Positions 1 through 8,045 of a DNA stretch of 64,000 nucleotides are shown in pieces; within the stretch, counting starts at the first letter, position 1, and each line of letters begins with the position of its first letter. The position numbers and the translations under genes are program-made. The notes under the pieces are model-generated. The model was not told where the DNA came from and made no database searches. It saw nothing but the letters and a program-made list of their open reading frames with translations. Source of the DNA: Acidiferrobacteraceae bacterium (GTDB lineage: Bacteria > Pseudomonadota > Gammaproteobacteria > Arenicellales > UBA868); contig PBSU01000024.1 of assembly GCA_002726415.1 (NCBI GenBank), forward strand, positions 26,921 through 90,920. The letters are read 5' to 3'.

Positions 1-103
1 GATCCCACAGCCGTGAACCTAGTCCACGGGTCGGGATCATCGGTGCCGGCGCATAGTTCGGCATCATGTAGGCGTCGTACCAACTCCGATCCACCTTGCT
101 CAT
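1..103 (-). CDS. argD: Acetylornithine/succinylornithine aminotransferase (ArgD/AstC family), 5' part only, truncated by window edge
   Basis: Not in ORF track. Manual translation from ATG at 103 gives [34 protein letters not shown], matching the ArgD/AstC N-terminus (P-x-YAPA-x-x-IP-x-RG-x-GSRLWD). Confidence 0.8.
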   Translation of the reverse strand, partial: MSKVDRSWYDAYMMPNYAPAPMIPTRGLGSRLWD

Positions 104-294
104 TTTTTTATCCTGTGATGTTTTGAAAGTCGTGGTGCCTGATTCTAGCCACGTCAAAAGAAAAAGGCACCTTCCATTCCCTGGGGCTGCTCGACGGAAA
201 CGCACGAGATTGTTAGAGTGTCGCCGACTCTGATCAGGTTCTACTCACAACTTCGGCACGTCCTTTTGGCTGATAACTGAACTTTTTCTTCTGT

Positions 295-1485
295 ATGAAC
301 AAAAACGATCCTCCCAATAAAACGCAAGACGCCACTCGCGCTATAACGGCCGGGCGCTCCTCTGTGGATCATCACGGTGTAGTCAACACGCCCGTATACC
401 ACGCATCCACGATCCTTCACCCGAACGTTGAGTCGTTTGAACAACGCCACGACCCGGGGAATCGGCGCCGTGTCATCTACGGGCTGCTCGGTACACCTAC
501 CAGCTTTGATCTCGAAGAGGCGATCGCCCAGCTTGAAGGCGGGCACGATGCACTAGTTGTCTCCTCGGGGCTGGCTGCGGTCAATATTGCGCTGTTATCT
601 TTTTTACGTCCAGGTGACCACGTGCTTGTCGCGGACTCAGTATATGCCTGGACCCGAACGTTTTGTGATCAGAAACTGGCCGACCTGAATATCGGTGTCG
701 AATATTATGACCCCTTGATCGGGGGTGCGATCGAGACCCTGATTAAGCCCAATACCCGTGTTATCTTCCTCGAATCCCCCGGCTCCTATACCTTCGAGGT
801 TCAGGACATCCCTGCGATTACCCGAGTAGCTCAAAAACACAAGGTCACGACGATTCTCGACAACACCTGGGCCACGCCCTTGTTTTTTAAACCGTTCGAT
901 CATGGAGTGGATGTCTCGGTCCACGCGGTCACCAAGTATCTATCCGGACACAGCGACGTCATGATGGGTGCGATCGTAGCCAGCGAGGCGGCCTGGGCTG
1001 ATATCTACCGGACTCATAAGCTTTTTGGGCAATGTGTTGGCCCCGACGATGCATACGCCACCTTGCGCGCCATACGCACCCTGCCCACCCGCTTGCGCGC
1101 TCATGAGCATCAGGGAATCGCTCTAGCAAACTGGCTCGCCGGTCGTGACGAAGTTGCTGAAGTTCTGCACCCGGCTCTGCCGGGTGACCCCGGCCATGCG
1201 CTCTGGCGACGCGACTTCCTCGGTGCATCGGGGCTTTTCAGCATCGTGCTGGCGCCTCGATCACGCCAGGCCATCCTGGATATGGTCAACGGCCTGTCTC
1301 TTTTTGGCATTGGTGCCAGTTGGGGTGGGTATGAAAGTCTTTTGATCCCGGTCTACCCCAACCAGTACCGCACCGCAACCTCCTGGCACCGGGCCGGTCA
1401 AACACTGCGCATCCACGCCGGCCTTGAGAGCCTTGATGATCTGATCGCCGACCTGGAAGCGGGCTTTGCTCGCCTGAACGCCTGA
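295..1485 (+). CDS. metC: Cystathionine beta-lyase (PLP-dependent)
   Basis: VNTPVYHAST, DNTWATP, PLP lysine motif TKYLSGHSD, SWGGYESL, RIHAGLE. Confidence 0.92.
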   Translation: MNKNDPPNKTQDATRAITAGRSSVDHHGVVNTPVYHASTILHPNVESFEQRHDPGNRRRVIYGLLGTPTSFDLEEAIAQLEGGHDALVVSSGLAAVNIALLSFLRPGDHVLVADSVYAWTRTFCDQKLADLNIGVEYYDPLIGGAIETLIKPNTRVIFLESPGSYTFEVQDIPAITRVAQKHKVTTILDNTWATPLFFKPFDHGVDVSVHAVTKYLSGHSDVMMGAIVASEAAWADIYRTHKLFGQCVGPDDAYATLRAIRTLPTRLRAHEHQGIALANWLAGRDEVAEVLHPALPGDPGHALWRRDFLGASGLFSIVLAPRSRQAILDMVNGLSLFGIGASWGGYESLLIPVYPNQYRTATSWHRAGQTLRIHAGLESLDDLIADLEAGFARLNA

Positions 1486-1518
1486 TACTGGCTTTGCGCC
1501 AACAGGCCTTGACCCGCC

Positions 1519-2025
1519 ATGAGTCTCGATCAGAAAATCAAAGCCGAATGTGAAGGTTTTCTTAGCGGATTCCACTCGCTGCTTCTGGCCACCCTGGATC
1601 ATCAAGATGAGGCAGATCTGAGTTATGCCCCATTTGTTGACCATGACGGCCATTTCTTTATTCTTACCAGCCAGTTATCTTCACACACTGTCAATCTGAA
1701 GCGCCATCCAACCGCGACGGTGCTTTTCATTGAAGAAGAGTCCGCCTGCGACCAGATTTATGCCCGGCGCAGGTTGCGTTTTCAGTGTCAGGCAAGACAG
1801 CACCCTCGTGACAGTGATACCTGGAGATCATTGATTCCACTTTTTTCCGCCCGATTTGGCGACATCATCGATACCTTAAGCACGCTCCCAGATTTCCAGC
1901 TGTTTGGGTTAGCCCCCCTGCGGGGGCGCTGGATCAAAGGCTTTGGCAAGGCGTTTCACTTTGAGGGTCGCATGCAGCGCAACACCTCCCACCTCAATCC
2001 GGGCAAAAAAACGGCGTCTGACTAA
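1519..2025 (+). CDS. HugZ/HutZ-like pyridoxamine 5'-phosphate oxidase-family split-barrel protein
   Basis: SYAPFV, S-x-LS-x-HT-x-NL, LFIEEE, ARRRL, DFQLF, GFGKAF motifs typical of HutZ/HugZ. Confidence 0.75.
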   Translation: MSLDQKIKAECEGFLSGFHSLLLATLDHQDEADLSYAPFVDHDGHFFILTSQLSSHTVNLKRHPTATVLFIEEESACDQIYARRRLRFQCQARQHPRDSDTWRSLIPLFSARFGDIIDTLSTLPDFQLFGLAPLRGRWIKGFGKAFHFEGRMQRNTSHLNPGKKTASD

Positions 2026-2900
2026 GCCCCGCTTTTAGCGCCGCGGGCCCGAGGTTTACCCCTAAGCGTCGATCGGCGGGCTTTTTGACCTTTGTTTGCA
2101 GGCTTTTTTGCGGCGGGAGTCTGGGCTTGGGATCGCTTCGCATGAGAAGGCCGCTTGACTTGGGAGTCGGTTTGGGCGAATCGGTACAGCCGTTTATGCT
2201 GTGAAGGCGTCAACTCCCGGTATTGGCCGCTGCGAAGCCCCTGCTCCAGTTGAAAAGGCCCGTAACGCACCCGGATCAAACGGCTCACGGTTGCGCCGAT
2301 ACTCCCCCACATACGCCGCACCTCACGGTAACGTCCTTCCCGCAGTACTACCTGATACCAGCGATTACTACCGGTACTCTTTTGCGCCTGGATAGATTCA
2401 AAACGACAAAGCTGGCCATCGAGGCGAACACCCTGATCTAAACGTTGGAGATCAGCCGGGCGAACATTTCCTCGGACCCGGCAACGATACTCACGCTCTA
2501 TACCCCCGGAGGGGTGCATGAGCCGGTGTGCCAGTTCCCCGTCGGTCGTAAAAACCATGAGCCCGGACGTGTTGATATCCAGCCTTCCCACGGACACCCA
2601 TCGTCGACCCCGCAACCGGGGCAACCCATCAAAAACACTCGTGCGCCCCTGTGGATCATGACGCGAGCAAATCTGTCCGACAGGTTTATGATAAAGCAGG
2701 GTACGTGCCAAACCGGCAGGATTGGGTTCGACTTTTACAGTCCGACCATCGATCATAAATCGCGACTGGGGTGTAACCTGCTGTCCAATCACGGCGGTCT
2801 GACCGTCTACTGAGACGCGCCGATCACGAATCCACCCTTCGATTTCCCGGCGCGAACCCAGTCCGGCCCGAGCAAGAACCTTTTGCAGTCTTTCAGTCAA
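2022..2900 (-). CDS. rluB: 23S rRNA pseudouridine synthase B
   Basis: S4 domain start ERLQKVLARAGLGSRREIE, catalytic GRLD, EGRYREVRRM; follows scpAB. Confidence 0.92.
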   Translation of the reverse strand: MTERLQKVLARAGLGSRREIEGWIRDRRVSVDGQTAVIGQQVTPQSRFMIDGRTVKVEPNPAGLARTLLYHKPVGQICSRHDPQGRTSVFDGLPRLRGRRWVSVGRLDINTSGLMVFTTDGELAHRLMHPSGGIEREYRCRVRGNVRPADLQRLDQGVRLDGQLCRFESIQAQKSTGSNRWYQVVLREGRYREVRRMWGSIGATVSRLIRVRYGPFQLEQGLRSGQYRELTPSQHKRLYRFAQTDSQVKRPSHAKRSQAQTPAAKKPANKGQKARRSTLRGKPRARGAKSGA

Positions 2901-3696
2901 GCTCGTGAGTTGAAACAGCCCGGCTCATCGGCCCGGGGTTCACTACATCTCCGGCAGGGATCGGTTCCTCAGGGGGGCTGACGGCGGAATCTGGAATCTG
3001 GCGCTCGCCCCCTTCTACCGCCAGATCGTCATCGCTAATCTCCCCGGTCGCATCGGCCAATGAGATTAGCTCAGTTCCTTGTGCGTCAGCGTCCTCATCC
3101 GCCGACGAAGCAGTTGGTGGCGAAAATGATGGCATCTCGATTCCCAGTTCCCGGGCGATATCCGCCAATTCCCGCTCTTCTTCAAGGCTGGGTAACGCGC
3201 TCAACGAGGTCAAACCGAAGTAGGCCAGAAACGAGGGGGTCGTGACGTACAAGGCCGGGTGCCCGGGTACGTCACGAGTACCCGATTGGCGTACCCATTC
3301 TCTATCCAGCAGAACCCGCATGATCTCAGTGGTAACGGTGACGCCGCGAATATCCTCAATGTCGCCACGCGTCACCGGTTGACGATAAGCGATGATCGCC
3401 AACGTCTCAAGTAATGCGCGTGAATAGCGGGGCGGGCGGCTCTCGCGCAGTGCGCGCAAAGCTGGCGCACAGGCCGCGCGGGTCTGGAAACGAAACCCGC
3501 CACCCACCTCGACCAACTCGACACCCCGATCTGCATAATCAATCTTAAGTTGCGCTAACACCGATCTGATTTCATCGGCATTCTCGCGACTGGCCTGACC
3601 TGGTAGCAGTGTCTGCAGGTCACGGATACTCAAGGGGCGCTCTGCTGAGAACAGTGCCGCTTCAACGTTATGAGTCAATGCGTTTTTATCTTTCAT
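2893..3696 (-). CDS. scpB: SMC-Scp complex subunit ScpB with acidic C-terminal tail
   Basis: EAALF, SRALLETLAIIAYRQPVTRGDIEDIRGV, PGHPALY. Confidence 0.93.
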   Translation of the reverse strand: MKDKNALTHNVEAALFSAERPLSIRDLQTLLPGQASRENADEIRSVLAQLKIDYADRGVELVEVGGGFRFQTRAACAPALRALRESRPPRYSRALLETLAIIAYRQPVTRGDIEDIRGVTVTTEIMRVLLDREWVRQSGTRDVPGHPALYVTTPSFLAYFGLTSLSALPSLEEERELADIARELGIEMPSFSPPTASSADEDADAQGTELISLADATGEISDDDLAVEGGERQIPDSAVSPPEEPIPAGDVVNPGPMSRAVSTHELD

Positions 3697-4508
3697 GCAC
3701 TTTTAACTTTTACGTGAATCTGAGCGAAGGCTTCGTTCTGGGTTACGGCGAGAACATCATCTCGCACCAGCTCCAAAATAGCGATAAAACTGACTACCAG
3801 GCCTTTACGCCCTTCCTCCGGAGTGAAAAAATCCTGTAGGGAAACATACTCGCCACTTCTAACCCGCTCCAGAATCTGACCCATACGTTCGCGTACCGAA
3901 AGTGTTTCGGGCACCATTTGCAGGTGCTCCCGACGCGATGCGGATAACATGGCCGCACGCATCGCAGTCACCAGGTCGGTCAACTCGACCCGGGTTTCTT
4001 CCTTGGGCGGATCCGGATCTTCCACCCGGGCATACACCAGATAAAGATCCCGCTCGACCCGGGGCCGTTCGTCAAGATTCTCGGCCGCGTTCTTGAAACG
4101 TTCGTACTCCTGCAAACGCCTGATCAGCGTTGCCCGGGGATCCTCTTCTTCCTCATCAAGTTCTGGCCGGGGCAACAGCATACGGGATTTGATCTCCGCC
4201 AGCATCGTTGCCATGACCAGGTAATCGGCTGCAAGATCCAGGCGCATCTGCTGCATCAGGTCGATATATTGCGTGTACTGGCGGGTAATATCTGCAACCG
4301 GAAGGTCCAGGATATCAATATTCTGGCGGCGAATCAGGTACAGCAGCAGGTCCAACGGCCCGGCGAACGATTCCAGCACTACTTCCAGCGCCTCCGGCGG
4401 AATATAAAGATCTGCCGGCCATTGCTCCAGGGCTTTACCACCCACTACCGCGCGGACACTGTTATCTGGCGCTTCCCCCTCTGTGCCGTTGACCTTCTCG
4501 TCGGTCAT
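3693..4508 (-). CDS. scpA: Segregation and condensation protein ScpA (kleisin)
   Basis: DLYIPPEALEVVLESFAGPLDLLLYLIRRQNIDI, LAEIKSRMLLP, FIAILEL. Confidence 0.93.
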   Translation of the reverse strand: MTDEKVNGTEGEAPDNSVRAVVGGKALEQWPADLYIPPEALEVVLESFAGPLDLLLYLIRRQNIDILDLPVADITRQYTQYIDLMQQMRLDLAADYLVMATMLAEIKSRMLLPRPELDEEEEDPRATLIRRLQEYERFKNAAENLDERPRVERDLYLVYARVEDPDPPKEETRVELTDLVTAMRAAMLSASRREHLQMVPETLSVRERMGQILERVRSGEYVSLQDFFTPEEGRKGLVVSFIAILELVRDDVLAVTQNEAFAQIHVKVKSA

Positions 4509-5719
4509 TCGTACAAAGTGCCAACCACAGCGCGGACTTCCCGCATGGTCTCATCCGCGACAACCTTTGCCCGCTCACACCCTGACTCTATGATCTCGCG
4601 AACCTGTTGAGGGTTCTCTTCGAAAGGCCGGGCACGCGCTCTCAATACCGATTGCTCTTCCAGAATTGTCTCCAGCAATGGTTTTTTGCAATCTACACAA
4701 CCAATGCCGGCACTTTTGCAACCTTCGGCAAGTTCCTCACGCTGTGTCTTCTGGGTATAAACCTGATGCAGATCCCAAACCGGGCACTTTTCCGGATCAC
4801 CAGGGTCATGCCGGCGCTGACGCGCGGGGTCTGTCGGCATTGCCATTAAGCGGGTGCGAATTCGCTCAGGATCATCACGCATCTGAATCGTATTGTTATA
4901 GGACTTGGACATTTTCTGCCCATCTAGCCCCGGCATTTTTGCTGCAGGAGTGAGCAGCGCCCCAGGCTCAGGCAGAATCTCCCGGCCCCCGCCATCTAAA
5001 TAACCCATGAGGCGTTCGCGGTCCTCGTTACCCAGATTGCCCGAAGCACTGAGCGCTGTCAGCGCACGTTCTCGTGCTGAACCGACCCCGTCCTGAAGCC
5101 ACTCGCGCCGGAGCCGCAAAAACTCTTTAGCCGGCTTCTTTCCCATTCGCGTCAGCGCATCCGCCGCTTTTTCTTCAAAAGCGCCGTCTCTGCCGAATAT
5201 ATGGTTGAAACGCCGGGCGATTTCCCGGGTCAGTTCTACGTGGGGCACCTGATCCTCACCCACCGGTACGCCCGTTGCACGGTACATCAGGATATCGGCA
5301 CTTTGTAGCAAGGGGTAGCCCAGAAACCCATAGGTCGCCAGATCACGGTCGTTCAATTTTTGCTGCTGGTCCTTAAAACTGGGAACCCGCATCAACCAGC
5401 CCAAAGGGGTCACCATCGACAGCAACAGGTGTAACTCTGCGTGCTGAGGCACTCGGGACTGGATAAAAAGCGTCGCCCGATCGGGATCAACTCCTGCGGC
5501 CAGCCAATCGATCAACATCTCCCAGACGTTTTCGTCCATCACACCAGGCTCTTCATAGTGGGTCGTCAGGGCATGCCAATCCGCCACAAAGAAAAAACAT
5601 TCCGCCTGTTCCTGCAGTACGGCCCAGTTCTTGAGGACGCCATGATAATGGCCCAGATGCAGTCGGCCGGTGGGCCGCATGCCAGACAGGATTCGTCCGG
5701 GATCGGAATGCAGTGACAT
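4505..5719 (-). CDS. trpS: Tryptophan--tRNA ligase
   Basis: SGMRPTGRLHLGH (HIGH), VPVGEDQ, KMSKS; internal helical insertion; C-terminal Cys cluster. Confidence 0.96.
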   Translation of the reverse strand: MSLHSDPGRILSGMRPTGRLHLGHYHGVLKNWAVLQEQAECFFFVADWHALTTHYEEPGVMDENVWEMLIDWLAAGVDPDRATLFIQSRVPQHAELHLLLSMVTPLGWLMRVPSFKDQQQKLNDRDLATYGFLGYPLLQSADILMYRATGVPVGEDQVPHVELTREIARRFNHIFGRDGAFEEKAADALTRMGKKPAKEFLRLRREWLQDGVGSARERALTALSASGNLGNEDRERLMGYLDGGGREILPEPGALLTPAAKMPGLDGQKMSKSYNNTIQMRDDPERIRTRLMAMPTDPARQRRHDPGDPEKCPVWDLHQVYTQKTQREELAEGCKSAGIGCVDCKKPLLETILEEQSVLRARARPFEENPQQVREIIESGCERAKVVADETMREVRAVVGTLYE

Positions 5720-5917
5720 TGAAATGATCGAGCAGCGGTTAAGCGAATCCGCAAACGCCGGTCACGTACCAAGCCGGCGCAGGGCCAAAGACAGCCCGCG
5801 CATTGTACCTGATCACTCACTCCCAGACTGCGTCGAACCTCATCACGTCACCCGGCTAGCCCGGGGGACTTGAGAAACCGGACACCACCATTTGTGCCGG
5901 CACCCACCGGCTCAGCT

Positions 5918-6469
5918 TCAGGGCGTCGGGGTATGATTCCGGCTAGGCTTCTCCGGGGACCCGACCAGCCTTCCGATTTTCTCGACCGACTGGGCGGGAC
6001 ACGAATCCAACCACTCACCCAACATGGTGCCGCCCGGAAAACGCAACTCTCCCTCTAATTCCGCCAAGGGTTCCAGTACAAAACGCCGTTGATGCATACG
6101 GGGGTGCGGGACAGTCAGCTCGGGTGTCTCAACACAGATATCACCGTAAAGCAGCAGATCAAGGTCGATCAGCCTGGGGCTAAACCGTTGTGCGGTTCGC
6201 ACCCGCCCCAGGTCTGCCTCGATCTGGAGCAGACATTGGAGCAGTTCTACCGGGCTCAATTGAGTTCGGATCCGGGTGATCGCATTCAGAAAATCAGGTT
6301 GGTCCACAAGCCCGAGCGGCGCTGTCCGATACAATGACGATACAGCTTCCAGGGTCACTCCGGAAATAGCCCTAAGCGCATCTAAGGCCTGTAGAAACGT
6401 GTCCGCCGGATCATTTAAGTTCCCACCCAGCCCGATCCAGGCGCTCACCGATGAGGCATTTTCACTCAC
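5918..6469 (-). CDS. folK: 2-amino-4-hydroxy-6-hydroxymethyldihydropteridine pyrophosphokinase
   Basis: WIGLGGNL, QPDFLNA, PRLIDLDLLLYG, PHPRMHQRRFVLEPL. Start placed at GTG 6469 overlapping the pcnB stop (GTG 6448 also possible). Confidence 0.92.
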   Translation of the reverse strand: MSENASSVSAWIGLGGNLNDPADTFLQALDALRAISGVTLEAVSSLYRTAPLGLVDQPDFLNAITRIRTQLSPVELLQCLLQIEADLGRVRTAQRFSPRLIDLDLLLYGDICVETPELTVPHPRMHQRRFVLEPLAELEGELRFPGGTMLGEWLDSCPAQSVEKIGRLVGSPEKPSRNHTPTP

Positions 6470-7844
6470 GGTGCTTGGTTGTGGATTTTGAAGGGCGCTT
6501 TCGGGCCCGCCGCCGTTTGTGCCCAGACCCACCCCCCTTTAGCAATTTGATCATCTGTTGTTGCTCAGGCGGGTCGACCTCCTGAATTCTGGTCCACCAT
6601 TGGGTCAGCGCCTCATCCGACTCGCCCGCCTGAGATCGCAAAACCAGGAAGTCATAAGCCGCCCGGAAACGTTTGTTTTCGAGCAATCGCGCGATGGTGC
6701 GCGGTCGGCGCGCCTCAAGCCTATCCTGTAATTCCCAGATTTCAAAAATAACCGTACTGACACGCCGAGGAATCGCAACCCGTTGGTTTTCCCGACCCAC
6801 TACCATCGTTGCCGATCGCTGAATCGCCGGCAGGATGGGCATGCCCTCCTGGACGTACCGATCCCGTTGGATACGCACTGCGCGCCACAGTAGTGCGGCA
6901 AAAAGAAAAGCGGCGATGACCGGCTTGCCTACCTGCACTCGCCGATCCGTGTTCTCCAGTGCACGCCAGACCAATCCCACACCCGGTGCCACATCGATCG
7001 ATTCAAAGGCTCGGTCTGCCTGGGGAAAAAGCTCAGCGAAAAGGTGTAGCTCACGCAAGGCGCTAAACACGGACACCGCGCAGCCATGATGAAACATCTT
7101 CAAAACTTCGTCGAACAAGCGAGCGGGTGGCACATGACGCAGCAAGAATGCGTTATCCCGAATGAGGTCCTCGATCTGATCGCCCAGTGTCAGGCCCAAT
7201 TTGGCTTTGAAACGCACCGCTCGCAACATGCGAACCGGATCCTCGCTGAGCCGCTCCGCTGGTTCACCAATAAACCGCAGCCGCCGCTGATGAATATCTT
7301 CAAACCCGTTGACATAGTCGATTACATGATTTTTTACCGGATCATAGTAAAGCGCGTTTGCCGTGAAATCCCGTCGCAGCACGTCTTCGTCACGAGTCCC
7401 AAACACGTTGTCGCGCAGAATGCGTCCGTAGTCGCCATGTATCACCTCCCCGCCCTGACCGGAGTTCGCCGACGAGGCTCGGTAAGTTGAAACCTCGATC
7501 ACTTCCCGGCCCATTCGCACATGCGCTAATCGAAACCGACGACCAATCAGCCGGGCACGGCGAAAAACCTGCCGGACCTCCTCGGGGAGTGCATCGGTAA
7601 CGACATCGAAATCCTTGGGCGTCTGGCCGAGCAATAAGTCCCGAACGCACCCTCCGACAAGCTCAGCTGCATATCCGGCCTCCCGCAGGGCCTTTATCAC
7701 TTTGCGCGCACCTGAACTGATTGACGCCTCAGAAAGCCCGTGCTGGCTGGCGGGTATCAGCACGGGTTCCAGGGAGATAGGCTCTGGACCCTGCCTTGAC
7801 CCGACCGGCGACTTAGAGGTGACTTTTTTAAAGAAAGAAAACAT
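6462..7844 (-). CDS. pcnB: Poly(A) polymerase I
   Basis: VGGCVRDLLLG, KDFDV, PAP signature LIGRRFRLAHV, RRDFTANAL, EDPVRMLRA, FRAAYDFL; pcnB-folK synteny; likely start ATG 7844 (MFSFFKK). Confidence 0.94.
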   Translation of the reverse strand: MFSFFKKVTSKSPVGSRQGPEPISLEPVLIPASQHGLSEASISSGARKVIKALREAGYAAELVGGCVRDLLLGQTPKDFDVVTDALPEEVRQVFRRARLIGRRFRLAHVRMGREVIEVSTYRASSANSGQGGEVIHGDYGRILRDNVFGTRDEDVLRRDFTANALYYDPVKNHVIDYVNGFEDIHQRRLRFIGEPAERLSEDPVRMLRAVRFKAKLGLTLGDQIEDLIRDNAFLLRHVPPARLFDEVLKMFHHGCAVSVFSALRELHLFAELFPQADRAFESIDVAPGVGLVWRALENTDRRVQVGKPVIAAFLFAALLWRAVRIQRDRYVQEGMPILPAIQRSATMVVGRENQRVAIPRRVSTVIFEIWELQDRLEARRPRTIARLLENKRFRAAYDFLVLRSQAGESDEALTQWWTRIQEVDPPEQQQMIKLLKGGGSGHKRRRARKRPSKSTTKHRE

Positions 7845-7912
7845 AAAAGATGGCGCCTGATGACAACCGCATTTAACACTGTGCGCCTTTTTGCAACACG
7901 CCCGAGCGCCTA

Positions 7913-7921
7913 TGGTAGCAT
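7913..7921 (+). promoter_or_regulatory. Possible extended -10 promoter element for tRNA-Glu
   Basis: TG-G-TAGCAT about 25 nt upstream of the tRNA; TTGCAA at 7891-7896 has non-canonical spacing. Confidence 0.3.
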
Positions 7922-7945
7922 CGCATTGCACAGCAGGTGCACTGC

Positions 7946-8020
7946 GCTCCCTTCGTCTAGCGGTCAGGACGCTGGCCTCTCACGCCGGAAACAGGGGTTC
8001 GATTCCCCTAGGGAGCGCCA
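7946..8020 (+). tRNA. tRNA-Glu, anticodon CTC, CCA encoded
   Basis: Acceptor stem GCTCCCT/AGGGAGC, D arm GTC-TAGCGGTCAG-GAC, anticodon stem CTGGC/GCCGG with loop CT-CTC-AC, T arm AGGGG-TTCGATT-CCCCT, 3' GCCA. Confidence 0.97.
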
Positions 8021-8045
8021 CTCGTGCGGCGAAAGAAATGACGAC

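Noticed and set aside
5720-5917. T-box or attenuator upstream of trpS
   Set aside because: No T-box consensus, Trp-rich leader or convincing terminator seen.
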